Shown here in pieces: positions 20,841 through 30,329 of a stretch of DNA of 64,000 nucleotides. The stretch lies in assembly GCA_964562505.1 (NCBI GenBank), contig CAZLTB010000001.1, forward strand, positions 2,024 to 66,023, written 5' to 3'. Made by a program: the position numbers and the translations under genes. Under the pieces are notes generated by a model that was not told the DNA's origin, made no database searches, and worked only from the letters and a program-made list of their open reading frames with translations. This DNA comes from an uncultured Candidatus Saccharibacteria bacterium (GTDB lineage Bacteria; Patescibacteriota; Saccharimonadia; Saccharimonadales; CAZLTB01). The number at the start of each line of letters is the position of its first letter. Position 1 is the stretch's first letter.

Positions 20841-22376
20841 ATGCAGTGGCTTAATGAAATTGTCGACGAACTTATTGTCCGCCATCCCGGGGGCGAAATA
20901 CTTATTGAGTCAGGCAGTTCGCCATCTGGAGCTTATCACTTGGGGCACTTACGCGAACTATTAACAAGCGATGCCATCTTATTGGAACTAAAAAGACGTG
21001 GCAGACAGGCTCGCCATATTCAATTTGTTGATGATTTAGATGCTTTTCGCAAAGTACCGATTAATTTGCCAGCAAATTATGAGAATTATTTAGGGTATCC
21101 GCTATCTGACATACCGGCACCGGATAGTTCAAAGCAATCGCTGGCCGACTTCTTTTTAGAGGGTTTAACTAGTGCCTGTAAAATTCTGGGAGTAGAAGTT
21201 GAATACATTAGAGCAAATGAAAAATATCGTGAAGGATGGTACGTGCCAGCCATCGAACGCGCCTTAGAGCACGTGCCGGAAGCAAAAAAGGCACTAGAGA
21301 AGGTTTCTGGCCGTCGTCTTGATGAAAACTGGTCACCGATCCAGATCATGGAAGGTCCCAGGCTAAAAAAACGCGCCTTTGTTTCCTTAGACAAGACTAA
21401 TAAAACCTTGTCCTATAAAGACGCTGACAATAAAGAACAAACCGTCTCCTATAATGGGGGCGTTGTTAAACTTGACTGGCGTTTAGATTGGCCGGGAAGA
21501 TGGTGGCTACAGAAAGTGGCCGTTGAGCCATCGGGTAGAGATCATATGACTAAAGGGGGTTCATATGATACAGGCGTTCAGATTATTCGTGACGTCTATG
21601 ATTCACAGCCACCATATCCAGTATCTTATGACTTTATTAATATGGTAGGTGACACTAAAAAGATGAGTGCCAGTAAAGGTACGGGTCTTGATGCAGTGGA
21701 AGGCTCAAAGATTATGCCACCCGAAGTTCTACGTTATTTCATACTGAAAGCTCCGCCACTTAAGAGACTGTATTTTGACCCTGTGAGTGGTCTAGTGCAG
21801 TTGATGGATGAATTTGCTGAATTTGCAGCCAAAACTAACAAGACTAAAGATGAAGAACAGCTTTGGTATATGGCAACGCGCGGTAAAGGTGAACCAAGAA
21901 CTGTGTCCAGGATACCTTTTTCTCACTTAGTAGCCAGTTATCAGGCGGCTCTAAAGGATGAAGACAAAACACTCGAAGTAGTTAGTCGAACAGAACATAG
22001 TTCAACAGTGAAAGAAGATGAAGAAATTATCAAAAATGAGCTTAAATTCATAGATGTTTGGCTGGAGAGTAGGGCACCCGAAGAAGTCAAATTCAGTATT
22101 CGCCAGGAAACTGATCCAAATGAGTTCAATGATTCCCAGAAGGCATATCTCAATAAACTTGCCGATAAAATCGAGCAAGCGCCAAAAAATGCAGATGGCG
22201 AGTGGTTCCACAAAGCAATTTATGAACTAAAAGATACTGCTGGACTAGAGCCCAAAGAGTTATTCTCGACCTTATACAAGGTGCTTATCAACAAAGAGGC
22301 TGGCCCTCGTGCTGGCTGGTTTCTAAGCCTTTTACCGAGAGGATGGCTGATAAAACGCTTGCGACTGGAAAAGTAA
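20841..22376 (+). CDS. lysS: Lysine--tRNA ligase, class I
   Basis: SPSG..HLGH (HIGH-like), DDLDAFRKVP, KLDWRLDWPGRW, EPSGRDH, KMSASKG (KMSKS-like), GPRAGWF. Confidence 0.95.
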   Translation: MQWLNEIVDELIVRHPGGEILIESGSSPSGAYHLGHLRELLTSDAILLELKRRGRQARHIQFVDDLDAFRKVPINLPANYENYLGYPLSDIPAPDSSKQSLADFFLEGLTSACKILGVEVEYIRANEKYREGWYVPAIERALEHVPEAKKALEKVSGRRLDENWSPIQIMEGPRLKKRAFVSLDKTNKTLSYKDADNKEQTVSYNGGVVKLDWRLDWPGRWWLQKVAVEPSGRDHMTKGGSYDTGVQIIRDVYDSQPPYPVSYDFINMVGDTKKMSASKGTGLDAVEGSKIMPPEVLRYFILKAPPLKRLYFDPVSGLVQLMDEFAEFAAKTNKTKDEEQLWYMATRGKGEPRTVSRIPFSHLVASYQAALKDEDKTLEVVSRTEHSSTVKEDEEIIKNELKFIDVWLESRAPEEVKFSIRQETDPNEFNDSQKAYLNKLADKIEQAPKNADGEWFHKAIYELKDTAGLEPKELFSTLYKVLINKEAGPRAGWFLSLLPRGWLIKRLRLEK

Positions 22377-22377
22377 G

Positions 22378-22857
22378 GTGGAAAAAGCTGTCTTTGCGGC
22401 CGGATGCTTTTGGGGAGTCCAATATTACTTTGACCAAGTCCCTGGCATAATCAAGAGCACGGTTGGCTACACCGGGGGACACACTGAAAACCCAAACTAT
22501 GAGGCGGTGTGTACTCATACAACTGGCCACACCGAAGCTGTATTACTAGAGTTTGACCCCAAAAAAGTTAGCTATCGGACGCTCGTAAAACACTTTTTTC
22601 GCATGCACGATCCTACACAGTTGAATCGTCAAGGGCCAGATATTGGTGACCAATATCGATCGGCAATCTTTTATGAAAACAAAGAGCAAAAAGTTATTGC
22701 TGAACACATGCGGGATGAATCAAGGTCTGAATTTAAAAAACCGATCGCTACTAAAATTGTGCCATCCACCACTTTTTATCCAGCTGAGGATTATCATCAG
22801 AAGTATACTGAAAAGACTGGACAGGGTATGTGTCACATTCCGTATCAGCCAATTTGA
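22378..22857 (+). CDS. msrA: Peptide methionine sulfoxide reductase A
   Basis: GCFWG, TGHTE, HDPT, QYRSAIF, AEDYHQ; GTG start. Confidence 0.97.
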   Translation: MEKAVFAAGCFWGVQYYFDQVPGIIKSTVGYTGGHTENPNYEAVCTHTTGHTEAVLLEFDPKKVSYRTLVKHFFRMHDPTQLNRQGPDIGDQYRSAIFYENKEQKVIAEHMRDESRSEFKKPIATKIVPSTTFYPAEDYHQKYTEKTGQGMCHIPYQPI

Positions 22858-22873
22858 TGTTATAGTCTTTGGC

Positions 22874-23749
22874 ATGGCTACAAGAAAATCTACAACCAAG
22901 GCAAAAACCAAAACCCGTTCAACAAGATCAACAGCCGCAAAATCAACTCAGGTAAGTAAAGTAAACAGCACATCTTCGATCGTTAATGTAATACCGCTTC
23001 GCCGGATACTTGGTATAAGTGCTGCTCTGTATCTAGTTTTGTCAGTCGCAGCGCTCGCGATTATGGGGCGAAATACTTATCAAATTACGGTTGGTTATTT
23101 GGCTAAAGATGAACTGGCCAGTAAAGCAAGCACCGTACTTGCGCCAGCGATTCACGTCCTTTACGACGTTGAAATCCGTTGGGCATTATTCATAATCTTG
23201 ATCCTATCTCTAGCTACACCCATCTTATATCTGACGAGCATGGAACGACGCTACTCTGACGCCCTTAAGGGTCGCGTTTTACCTTGGCGATGGATCGATC
23301 TTGGGGTTATTGGTGCATTGATGATTGAAGTTACGGCACTGATGAATGGTATTCAAGATATTGTAGCTCTTAAAGCCGTGGTCGGCTTGGTTGCGGTTGC
23401 TGCGGCCCTCGGCTGGCTATCTGAACGACAGAATGAAGATACTTCTACCCCTGTTTGGGGAGCTTATGTAGTCGGCTTAGTGAGTGGTTTGCTGGCTTGG
23501 TTAATGATAGCAATTTATATGATTGCCACACCATTCTACGGTATGGTCCGATCACCTTGGTATGCCTATGCGTTATTTGGTGCACTAACGATTGGTTTTG
23601 CCCTAGTTCACATTAACCAATTTAACCAGCATCGTCGTGTTGGTAGCTGGAAAAACTATGTAAATGTAGAACGAAGATACCTACTCATTAACGTATTTAC
23701 AAAGGTTGCTTTTGCGGCAATATTGATCGTTGGTCTTAGAAGCCAGTAG
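22874..23749 (+). CDS. Heliorhodopsin-like 7-TM protein (divergent)
   Basis: WRWID...LMI...GIQDIVAL, GWLSE and GSWKNY..VERRY...NVFTK match heliorhodopsin helices C, D and G as recalled. Start at ATG 22874; the 22643 extension overlaps msrA. Confidence 0.85.
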   Translation: MATRKSTTKAKTKTRSTRSTAAKSTQVSKVNSTSSIVNVIPLRRILGISAALYLVLSVAALAIMGRNTYQITVGYLAKDELASKASTVLAPAIHVLYDVEIRWALFIILILSLATPILYLTSMERRYSDALKGRVLPWRWIDLGVIGALMIEVTALMNGIQDIVALKAVVGLVAVAAALGWLSERQNEDTSTPVWGAYVVGLVSGLLAWLMIAIYMIATPFYGMVRSPWYAYALFGALTIGFALVHINQFNQHRRVGSWKNYVNVERRYLLINVFTKVAFAAILIVGLRSQ

Positions 23750-23833
23750 TTGCTTCCCAGTTTTAATTACTCACTTATGGCTTAGGCCGCTGTTTTAGTG
23801 ATAGGAGTGTGGAGCTGGTACAATAGCTAGCGC

Positions 23834-24616
23834 ATGGCAAATAGTTACTTCAGGGGGCGCAGTCAGCCTTATAAACCAGGCCAAAAAAGTCCGTTTAAGG
23901 TTAGTCGTAGTAAGATTGAACTTTATACTCAATGTCCACGATGCTTTTGGCTAGATGCTAGACTCAAGATCAAGCGGCCAGACGGCCCCCCATTCCAAAT
24001 TAATAAAGCAATTGATGAGCTGCTAAAGAAAGAGTTTGACGGCTACCGTTCAAAGGGCAAACCTCACCCTATAATGTTGGAATTTGGTGTTGAAGCCGTT
24101 CCTTATGCGCACGATGAGCTCGATAAATGGCGCCAGAACTTCGTAGGCGTTCAGGCACTTCATGAAACCACAAATCTGTTAGTTTTTGGCGCAATTGACG
24201 ATCTATGGATAAATGAAGCAGATGAGTTAATGGTAGTTGACTACAAAGCTACTGCTAAACAGAGTGAGGTAACTCTCGACGCTGATTGGCAAATGAGTTA
24301 TAAGCGTCAGATGGAAGTTTATCAATGGCTGCTTAGGCAAAACGGGTTCAAAGTAAACGACATGAGTTATTTTGTCTATACTAACGGAAGGCTCGATATG
24401 GACGGCTTTAATGACCACGTTGAATTCCGGACCAAAATAATTCCTTATAAAGGTAGTGATGCTTGGGTAGAACAGACACTCAGTGATATGAAGACGGCTC
24501 TAGAAGGTAATATGCCCGAAGTTGGTAAAGCGGCAATGGGCGGCGACTGCGACTTCTGTTCCTATGCCCGAGCCCGAACGGAACTGACTATTGGAGCTCT
24601 AAAGGCCAAATCCTAG
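23834..24616 (+). CDS. Stand-alone PD-(D/E)XK nuclease (Cas4/AddB-like) with split CxxC pairs
   Basis: SRSKI...CPRC, GAIDD, VVDYK, QMEVY and C-terminal CDFC. Confidence 0.9.
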   Translation: MANSYFRGRSQPYKPGQKSPFKVSRSKIELYTQCPRCFWLDARLKIKRPDGPPFQINKAIDELLKKEFDGYRSKGKPHPIMLEFGVEAVPYAHDELDKWRQNFVGVQALHETTNLLVFGAIDDLWINEADELMVVDYKATAKQSEVTLDADWQMSYKRQMEVYQWLLRQNGFKVNDMSYFVYTNGRLDMDGFNDHVEFRTKIIPYKGSDAWVEQTLSDMKTALEGNMPEVGKAAMGGDCDFCSYARARTELTIGALKAKS

Positions 24617-24643
24617 AGATCTTAAGTTATAATTAATTACAGC

Positions 24644-25939
24644 ATGCTAGATATTCAGTTTATTCGTGATAATCCTGAGATTGTAAAGGAAAAGTCCAAG
24701 CAAAAAGGTTATGAAGTTGATATTGATCAACTGCTTGGTTTTGACAGGGAGAGAAAAGACTTATTGGTGCAAGTAGAGGCATTACGCCGGGAGCGTAATG
24801 AATTGGCTGCAGCTACAAAAGGTCAAAAACCTAGTGAAGATCAGGTAGCCAAAGGGCGTGAATTAAAGGATGAATTGTCTTCGTTTGAGCATCAACTTGC
24901 TTCTATCGAAAAAGAATTTCTGGCGCTACTTAAAACTGTGCCGAATATGCCGCTCGACGATGTACCTATTGGCACAAGTGAAGAGGATAATAAGGTAGTA
25001 AAAACCTGGGGTGAAAAACCAAAATTTAGTTTTACTCCCAAAAATCATTGGGAAATCGGCGAGGCAAAAGGCTGGATTGATAAAGAACGTGCCGCTAAGG
25101 TAGCTGGTTCGCGTTTTGTTTATCTCAAAGGCGATTTGGTTCTACTTGAATTTGCGCTTTGGCAATTTGCTCTTAGTAAACTAACGGACGAGACTGTAAT
25201 GCAACAGATCATAAACGACAATGGGTTAAAAGTGAGTTCAAAAGCATTTGTGCCAGTTTTGCCCCCAGCAGTCGCAAAGACTGAAGTGTATGAGGCCACC
25301 GGCCGGCTTAACAAAGAGGAGCAGACTTATCAACTTACTGAAGATGACCTGTGGCTTAATGCCAGTGCTGAGCATACTTTAGCCCCGATGTATCTTAATG
25401 AAGTACTAAGTGAAAAAGATTTGCCCTTGCGATATGTTGGATATACTACTGCGTTCAGACGGGAAGCTGGCACGTATGGCAAAGATAGCGAAGGCATATT
25501 GCGACTTCATCAATTCAACAAGCTTGAGATGGAAAGCTTTGACTTGCCCGAAAATTCATTGGACGAACACTTATTCATGATTGCCATTCAAGAGTATTTG
25601 ATGCAACAACTGAAACTGCCATATCAAGTCATAATGAAATGCACAGCCGACATTGGTGGTCCCAACGCAAGAGGAGTTGATATTGAAGCCTGGCTACCTG
25701 GACAAAATAGATATCGTGAAACTCACACAGCCGACTACATAACGGATTATCAAGCTCGTCGAATGCAAACACGTGTCCGGCGCGGTGATAACAATATCCA
25801 ATTAGTTCATACCAATGACGCCACCGCTTTCTCAGAGCGCCCTCTGATTGCCATTATTGAAAACAACCAAACCAAAGAAGGGGATATAATTATACCGGAA
25901 GCACTTAGACCATATTTGGGCGGCAGGGAGGTCTTATAA
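24644..25939 (+). CDS. serS: Serine--tRNA ligase
   Basis: MLDIQFIR coiled-coil N-terminus, FRREAGTYG, RLHQFNKLE, TDYQARR. Confidence 0.97.
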   Translation: MLDIQFIRDNPEIVKEKSKQKGYEVDIDQLLGFDRERKDLLVQVEALRRERNELAAATKGQKPSEDQVAKGRELKDELSSFEHQLASIEKEFLALLKTVPNMPLDDVPIGTSEEDNKVVKTWGEKPKFSFTPKNHWEIGEAKGWIDKERAAKVAGSRFVYLKGDLVLLEFALWQFALSKLTDETVMQQIINDNGLKVSSKAFVPVLPPAVAKTEVYEATGRLNKEEQTYQLTEDDLWLNASAEHTLAPMYLNEVLSEKDLPLRYVGYTTAFRREAGTYGKDSEGILRLHQFNKLEMESFDLPENSLDEHLFMIAIQEYLMQQLKLPYQVIMKCTADIGGPNARGVDIEAWLPGQNRYRETHTADYITDYQARRMQTRVRRGDNNIQLVHTNDATAFSERPLIAIIENNQTKEGDIIIPEALRPYLGGREVL

Positions 25940-25940
25940 A

Positions 25941-26300
25941 GTGATCAAGAAACTTGAGATTAACGGCGTACACATGGTTGTTAATGATGATCTTAAGAAG
26001 TATGTAATTAAAAAAATCAGTAGACTTGATCGTTATATGCCGCGACATGCCCGAGACAGTGCTCACGCCGAGGTTTTTCTAAAAGAGGCCAAGATAAAAG
26101 CTAAAAAACAGTGTACATGTGAAGTGGTTTTACATTTACCCGGTGAAAATATAACCACCAAAGAAACTACAATGAACATCTTTGCGGCAGTCGATATTGT
26201 GGAAGCCAAGCTCAAAAACCAATTGAGGAAGTACAAAGAGACGCATTCTTCACTTAGGATTCATCGACGAATTTTATCTAAACTGCGCCGAGGCGTTTAA
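25941..26300 (+). CDS. hpf: Ribosome hibernation factor HPF/RaiA (short form)
   Basis: LKKYVIKKISRLDRY...FAAVDIVEAKLKNQLRKYK; classic position upstream of secA. Confidence 0.92.
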   Translation: MIKKLEINGVHMVVNDDLKKYVIKKISRLDRYMPRHARDSAHAEVFLKEAKIKAKKQCTCEVVLHLPGENITTKETTMNIFAAVDIVEAKLKNQLRKYKETHSSLRIHRRILSKLRRGV

Positions 26301-26416
26301 TTCTTTAATTCATTTTTAAGCGTAAGCTAAGAAATCTATAGCATAAACCACCTCTTATGGGGTAAAATGTTCGGTATTGCTGAAGTGACTGAATCGTCGG
26401 AGTATAGGAGACGCCA

Positions 26417-29011
26417 GTGAATAAAGTTTTAAAGCGGGTCCTCGGTGACCCACAAGTTCGTACGGTCAAACGCCTGAAAAAACGCGTTAAGGACGTTAAT
26501 GCTTTAGAACCGAAATACCATAAATTATCTGACAAACAGCTAAAAGAACAGACAAGTATTCTAAAGAAACGTCTTGAGAAAGAATCGTTAGATAAACTGC
26601 TACCTGACGCTTTTGCAATTGTGCGTGAAACCGCAAGTCGCACATTAAAACAACGTCATTTTGATGTCCAGTTAATCGGTGGAATGGTACTCCATGAAGG
26701 TAACGTAGCAGAAATGAAAACCGGCGAAGGTAAAACCTTAGTAGCTACATTGCCAGTTTATCTTAATGCTCTGACAAGCAAAGGTGTCCATGTTGTAACA
26801 GTTAACGATTATCTAGCCCAACGTGATGCTGGATGGATGGGACAGATTTATAATTTCTTGGGATTGAGCGTAGGAGTTGTTATACCCGATGAGTCTTTTT
26901 TATTTGATCCAAAGTTTGAGAATAAAGACCACGCCGATCCACGTTTCCGTCATTTACGCCCAGCAACTCGGCAAGAGGTATACGCGGCTGATATAACTTA
27001 CGGTACGAATAATGAATTCGGTTTCGACTATTTGCGCGACAATATGGTTAGGGAAGTTGACCAACTTAGACAACGCGACCTGAACTATGCAATAGTTGAC
27101 GAAGTCGACTCAATTTTAATCGATGAAGCCAGGACACCACTAATTATATCTGCCCCCTCCGTAACTAGTGGCAGTGCTTATGCCCAGTTTTCTAAAGTTG
27201 TCCGCCAACTTAAAAAAGAAGATGACTACGATGTGGATGAAAAACACAAGTCAGTAGTATTGACCGATGATGGCGTAGAGCATGTTGAAAAAATATTGGG
27301 AGTTAAAAGCTTGTATGGTACAGAGAACATAAGGACTATTTACCACCTTGAGCAGGCCCTAAGAGCTCAAGCGCTTTTCAAACGCGATAAAGATTATGTC
27401 GTTACTGGCGATGGCGAGGTAATAATTGTTGATGAATTTACCGGTCGCTTATTAAAAGGACGCCGCTATAATGAAGGACTTCATCAGGCAATTGAGGCCA
27501 AAGAAGGTGTAGATGTCCAGGAAGAATCCATGACGCTAGCCACGATTAGTTTTCAGAACTATTTCCGCCTATATGACAAGTTGTCCGGCATGACTGGAAC
27601 AGCCCTGACAGAGGCCGAAGAATTTCATCAGATCTATAAGTTGGACGTAGTTGACATACCGCCCAATAGACAGATTGTTCGTCAAGATAAGCCGGACCGC
27701 ATTTATCGATCTGAAATGGGCAAATTCCGGGCAATTGTCCGTGAAATTAAAACTCTGAACCAAAAAGGCCAGCCCGTATTGATCGGTACGGCATCTATCG
27801 AAAAAAATGAACTGCTTGGACAACTGCTTACGAAGGCAAACGTACCTCATCAAGTCTTAAATGCTAAAAATAATGAACGAGAAGCAACAACTATAGCCAA
27901 TGCCGGCCAAAAAGGCTCCGTTACTTTAGCAACTAACATCGCTGGAAGAGGTACCGACATCGTACTTGGCGAAGGCATAACTGAACTTGGGGGTTTGCAA
28001 GTCATTGGTACTGAGAGAAATGAATCAAGACGTGTTGACAATCAGCTTCGTGGGCGGGCAGGGCGACAAGGTGATCCAGGTGTAACCCAATTCTACGTAA
28101 GTGCTGAGGATGATCTAATGCGCATATTTGGGGGCGAACGCATCGCTACAATTATGGACAGATTAGGGGTCGATGAAGATACACCTATCGAGAACAGAGT
28201 AATCAGCAAGAGCTTAGAAGGTGCCCAAAAGAAAGTGGAAGGCTATAATTTTGATGCTCGCAAAAACGTAGTTCAATACGACGACGTAATGAATCGTCAC
28301 CGTAAAGCAACCTATATTATGCGTCGTGAGATTCTATTGCAAGCCGACATCAAAAAACGAATTAAGGTTTTCATCGAAGATGAAGTAAGAGAGCTCTCCA
28401 GTTCACCACTGATCACCACTGAACAATATGAGTCCATCGTGACTGAAGTTTTCCCGTTTGACGAAGCAACTCTCGATCAATTATTCGATAGTGACGCCAG
28501 TAAGTTCGGCAAGATTCTTTTAGAAAAGGCCAAAGAACTGTATAAGCGTCAGGAAACTAACTTCGGCTCAGATGTTCTGCGCAAAGTTGAAAGAGATGTG
28601 TATTTGCAAATATTGGACAACTTGTGGATGCAACATCTTGAAAATATGGAGCACATGCGCGAGGGCATTCATTGGATATCGGTTGGGCAACGTGATCCTT
28701 TGGTGGAGTATCGTCGGCAAGCACAACATATGTTTGAAGAAATGCAGATAAACCTAAGACACGATGTAGTAAGAGCTTTGTTCCATGCTCAACCAGCTGA
28801 TGTTAATGAGCCTACTGAGACAGAGCTGACTCTGGCAGCTCGTCAATCAGTGGATAATGCTGACAAGATCCTCGAAGCTGAAGAATTTCATGAAACTGAC
28901 TTTGTGCCCAAAAAGGTGGAAACTGTAGCCAAGCAACAAGCTTCCAATAAGCGCAAAAAAGCCCGAAAGGCTGAGCGACAACGCCGGGCAAAAGGCAAGA
29001 AGCGCAGGTAG
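26417..29011 (+). CDS. secA: Preprotein translocase ATPase SecA
   Basis: MKTGEGKT, DEVDSILIDEARTPL, GRAGRQGDPG. No C-terminal SEC-C zinc motif; ends in a basic tail. Confidence 0.98.
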   Translation: MNKVLKRVLGDPQVRTVKRLKKRVKDVNALEPKYHKLSDKQLKEQTSILKKRLEKESLDKLLPDAFAIVRETASRTLKQRHFDVQLIGGMVLHEGNVAEMKTGEGKTLVATLPVYLNALTSKGVHVVTVNDYLAQRDAGWMGQIYNFLGLSVGVVIPDESFLFDPKFENKDHADPRFRHLRPATRQEVYAADITYGTNNEFGFDYLRDNMVREVDQLRQRDLNYAIVDEVDSILIDEARTPLIISAPSVTSGSAYAQFSKVVRQLKKEDDYDVDEKHKSVVLTDDGVEHVEKILGVKSLYGTENIRTIYHLEQALRAQALFKRDKDYVVTGDGEVIIVDEFTGRLLKGRRYNEGLHQAIEAKEGVDVQEESMTLATISFQNYFRLYDKLSGMTGTALTEAEEFHQIYKLDVVDIPPNRQIVRQDKPDRIYRSEMGKFRAIVREIKTLNQKGQPVLIGTASIEKNELLGQLLTKANVPHQVLNAKNNEREATTIANAGQKGSVTLATNIAGRGTDIVLGEGITELGGLQVIGTERNESRRVDNQLRGRAGRQGDPGVTQFYVSAEDDLMRIFGGERIATIMDRLGVDEDTPIENRVISKSLEGAQKKVEGYNFDARKNVVQYDDVMNRHRKATYIMRREILLQADIKKRIKVFIEDEVRELSSSPLITTEQYESIVTEVFPFDEATLDQLFDSDASKFGKILLEKAKELYKRQETNFGSDVLRKVERDVYLQILDNLWMQHLENMEHMREGIHWISVGQRDPLVEYRRQAQHMFEEMQINLRHDVVRALFHAQPADVNEPTETELTLAARQSVDNADKILEAEEFHETDFVPKKVETVAKQQASNKRKKARKAERQRRAKGKKRR

Positions 29012-29020
29012 GCACTAAAT

Positions 29021-30319
29021 ATGAAGCATACAGTACACGAGGCAAATCTTAATAATGGCATCAAAGGCTTATTCCTTGACATGCCTGACGCCAGCGTCAT
29101 GACAATTGAGTGTAATTTTAGAGCCGGTGGTTATCTGGTACAAGAGAATAAATGGGAAACCCCTCATTTGATGGAGCATGTGCTGCTTGGTGCCAACGAA
29201 CTGTTACCCAAAGCTCGTACATTTCAGGCTGAGTTTGAAAAAAATGGTGCCTATTGCAATGCCAGCACAGGCAGCTACGAAATTACTTATGAGGCAGAAT
29301 GTGCTGATTTCGAATGGGATAGGGTAGCTGATCTTTTGTTGACTGCCATTACAAAACCTCTATTCCTCGAGGAAGAATTTCAAGCCGAATTTGGCAATGT
29401 TCGCGAGGAGTTAATGAGTCGAAGCAACAATCATTTTCGTCACTTGAGCTTGTCACTGCGCAAAGCCTATGGATTCAAAGTATTAACTGATCAAGAAAGC
29501 TTACAGTTGATGGAAAATGTGAAAATCGAGGACATTCGTTCGCATTATCATTCAACTCATACGGCCAAGAATTTGCGTTTCGTTATCGCTGGCAAATTGC
29601 CACCATCTAGACGCAAAGTCCTAAAAGACCTATTTGAAAATATTGAATTACCAAGCGGAGAAGGAAGGCTAAAACTACCTCACGAAGACCCTAAATCTCT
29701 AGCCAGGCCACTTTATATCCATAACGATACGGTTGAGAATTTATATTTTTATGTAGATAGCTTTTTACGTAGGCGCTTAGCTGATCAAGAGCTTGATGCC
29801 CTAAGTCTTATAAATATGATGTTAACTGAAACACTGTATTCAAGAATCTTAGGTACGGCTAGAGAAAACGGTCTTGTTTATGGTATGAGTTCGGGCTACG
29901 GGCAGACCAAAGATAGTAGTAACTGGTGGTTCGGAGCGCAGGTTATGCCTAAGAATGCTTCGGCTTTATTCGACATTATGATACGTGAACTTCAGGCAGT
30001 ATTTGAAGGTAAGATTGATAATAAAGACACCCTTGCCGCTAAACAATATGCTTTGGGCCGCTACCAACGTAGTGGGCAAACAGTGAGCGGTACAGCCAGT
30101 GGCTACAGTGGGCGATATTTCTTTGACGAAGTAGTCGATGATTACTACGAAGTGCCAAAGAGACTGGAGTCGGTCGAGAAGGATCAAATGGTTGAAGTAT
30201 CAAAAGCAATGTTTCAAGAGCGTATTTGGGGTATAGGAGCTCTTGGTAGTTCAGGTGAGGAGTTCATATCACAATTGCAGCAGCAACTTTCACCACTATG
30301 GCAACATCGATTGTTATAA
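29021..30319 (+). CDS. M16 (pitrilysin/insulinase) family peptidase
   Basis: Inverted zinc motif HLMEH, CNAST, ARENGLVYG. Confidence 0.9.
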   Translation: MKHTVHEANLNNGIKGLFLDMPDASVMTIECNFRAGGYLVQENKWETPHLMEHVLLGANELLPKARTFQAEFEKNGAYCNASTGSYEITYEAECADFEWDRVADLLLTAITKPLFLEEEFQAEFGNVREELMSRSNNHFRHLSLSLRKAYGFKVLTDQESLQLMENVKIEDIRSHYHSTHTAKNLRFVIAGKLPPSRRKVLKDLFENIELPSGEGRLKLPHEDPKSLARPLYIHNDTVENLYFYVDSFLRRRLADQELDALSLINMMLTETLYSRILGTARENGLVYGMSSGYGQTKDSSNWWFGAQVMPKNASALFDIMIRELQAVFEGKIDNKDTLAAKQYALGRYQRSGQTVSGTASGYSGRYFFDEVVDDYYEVPKRLESVEKDQMVEVSKAMFQERIWGIGALGSSGEEFISQLQQQLSPLWQHRLL

Positions 30320-30329
30320 CGCCAAAGTC

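Noticed and set aside
22643-22873. Upstream ORF-track extensions (22643, and likewise 14218, 30243, 41351, 47117, 57808, 61040)
   Set aside because: They overlap neighbouring genes, promoters or hairpins; downstream ATGs match family N-termini and the local -10 or SD spacing.
23834-24616. Cas4-like nuclease as evidence for CRISPR-Cas
   Set aside because: No array or other cas genes; stand-alone PD-(D/E)XK nucleases are common.
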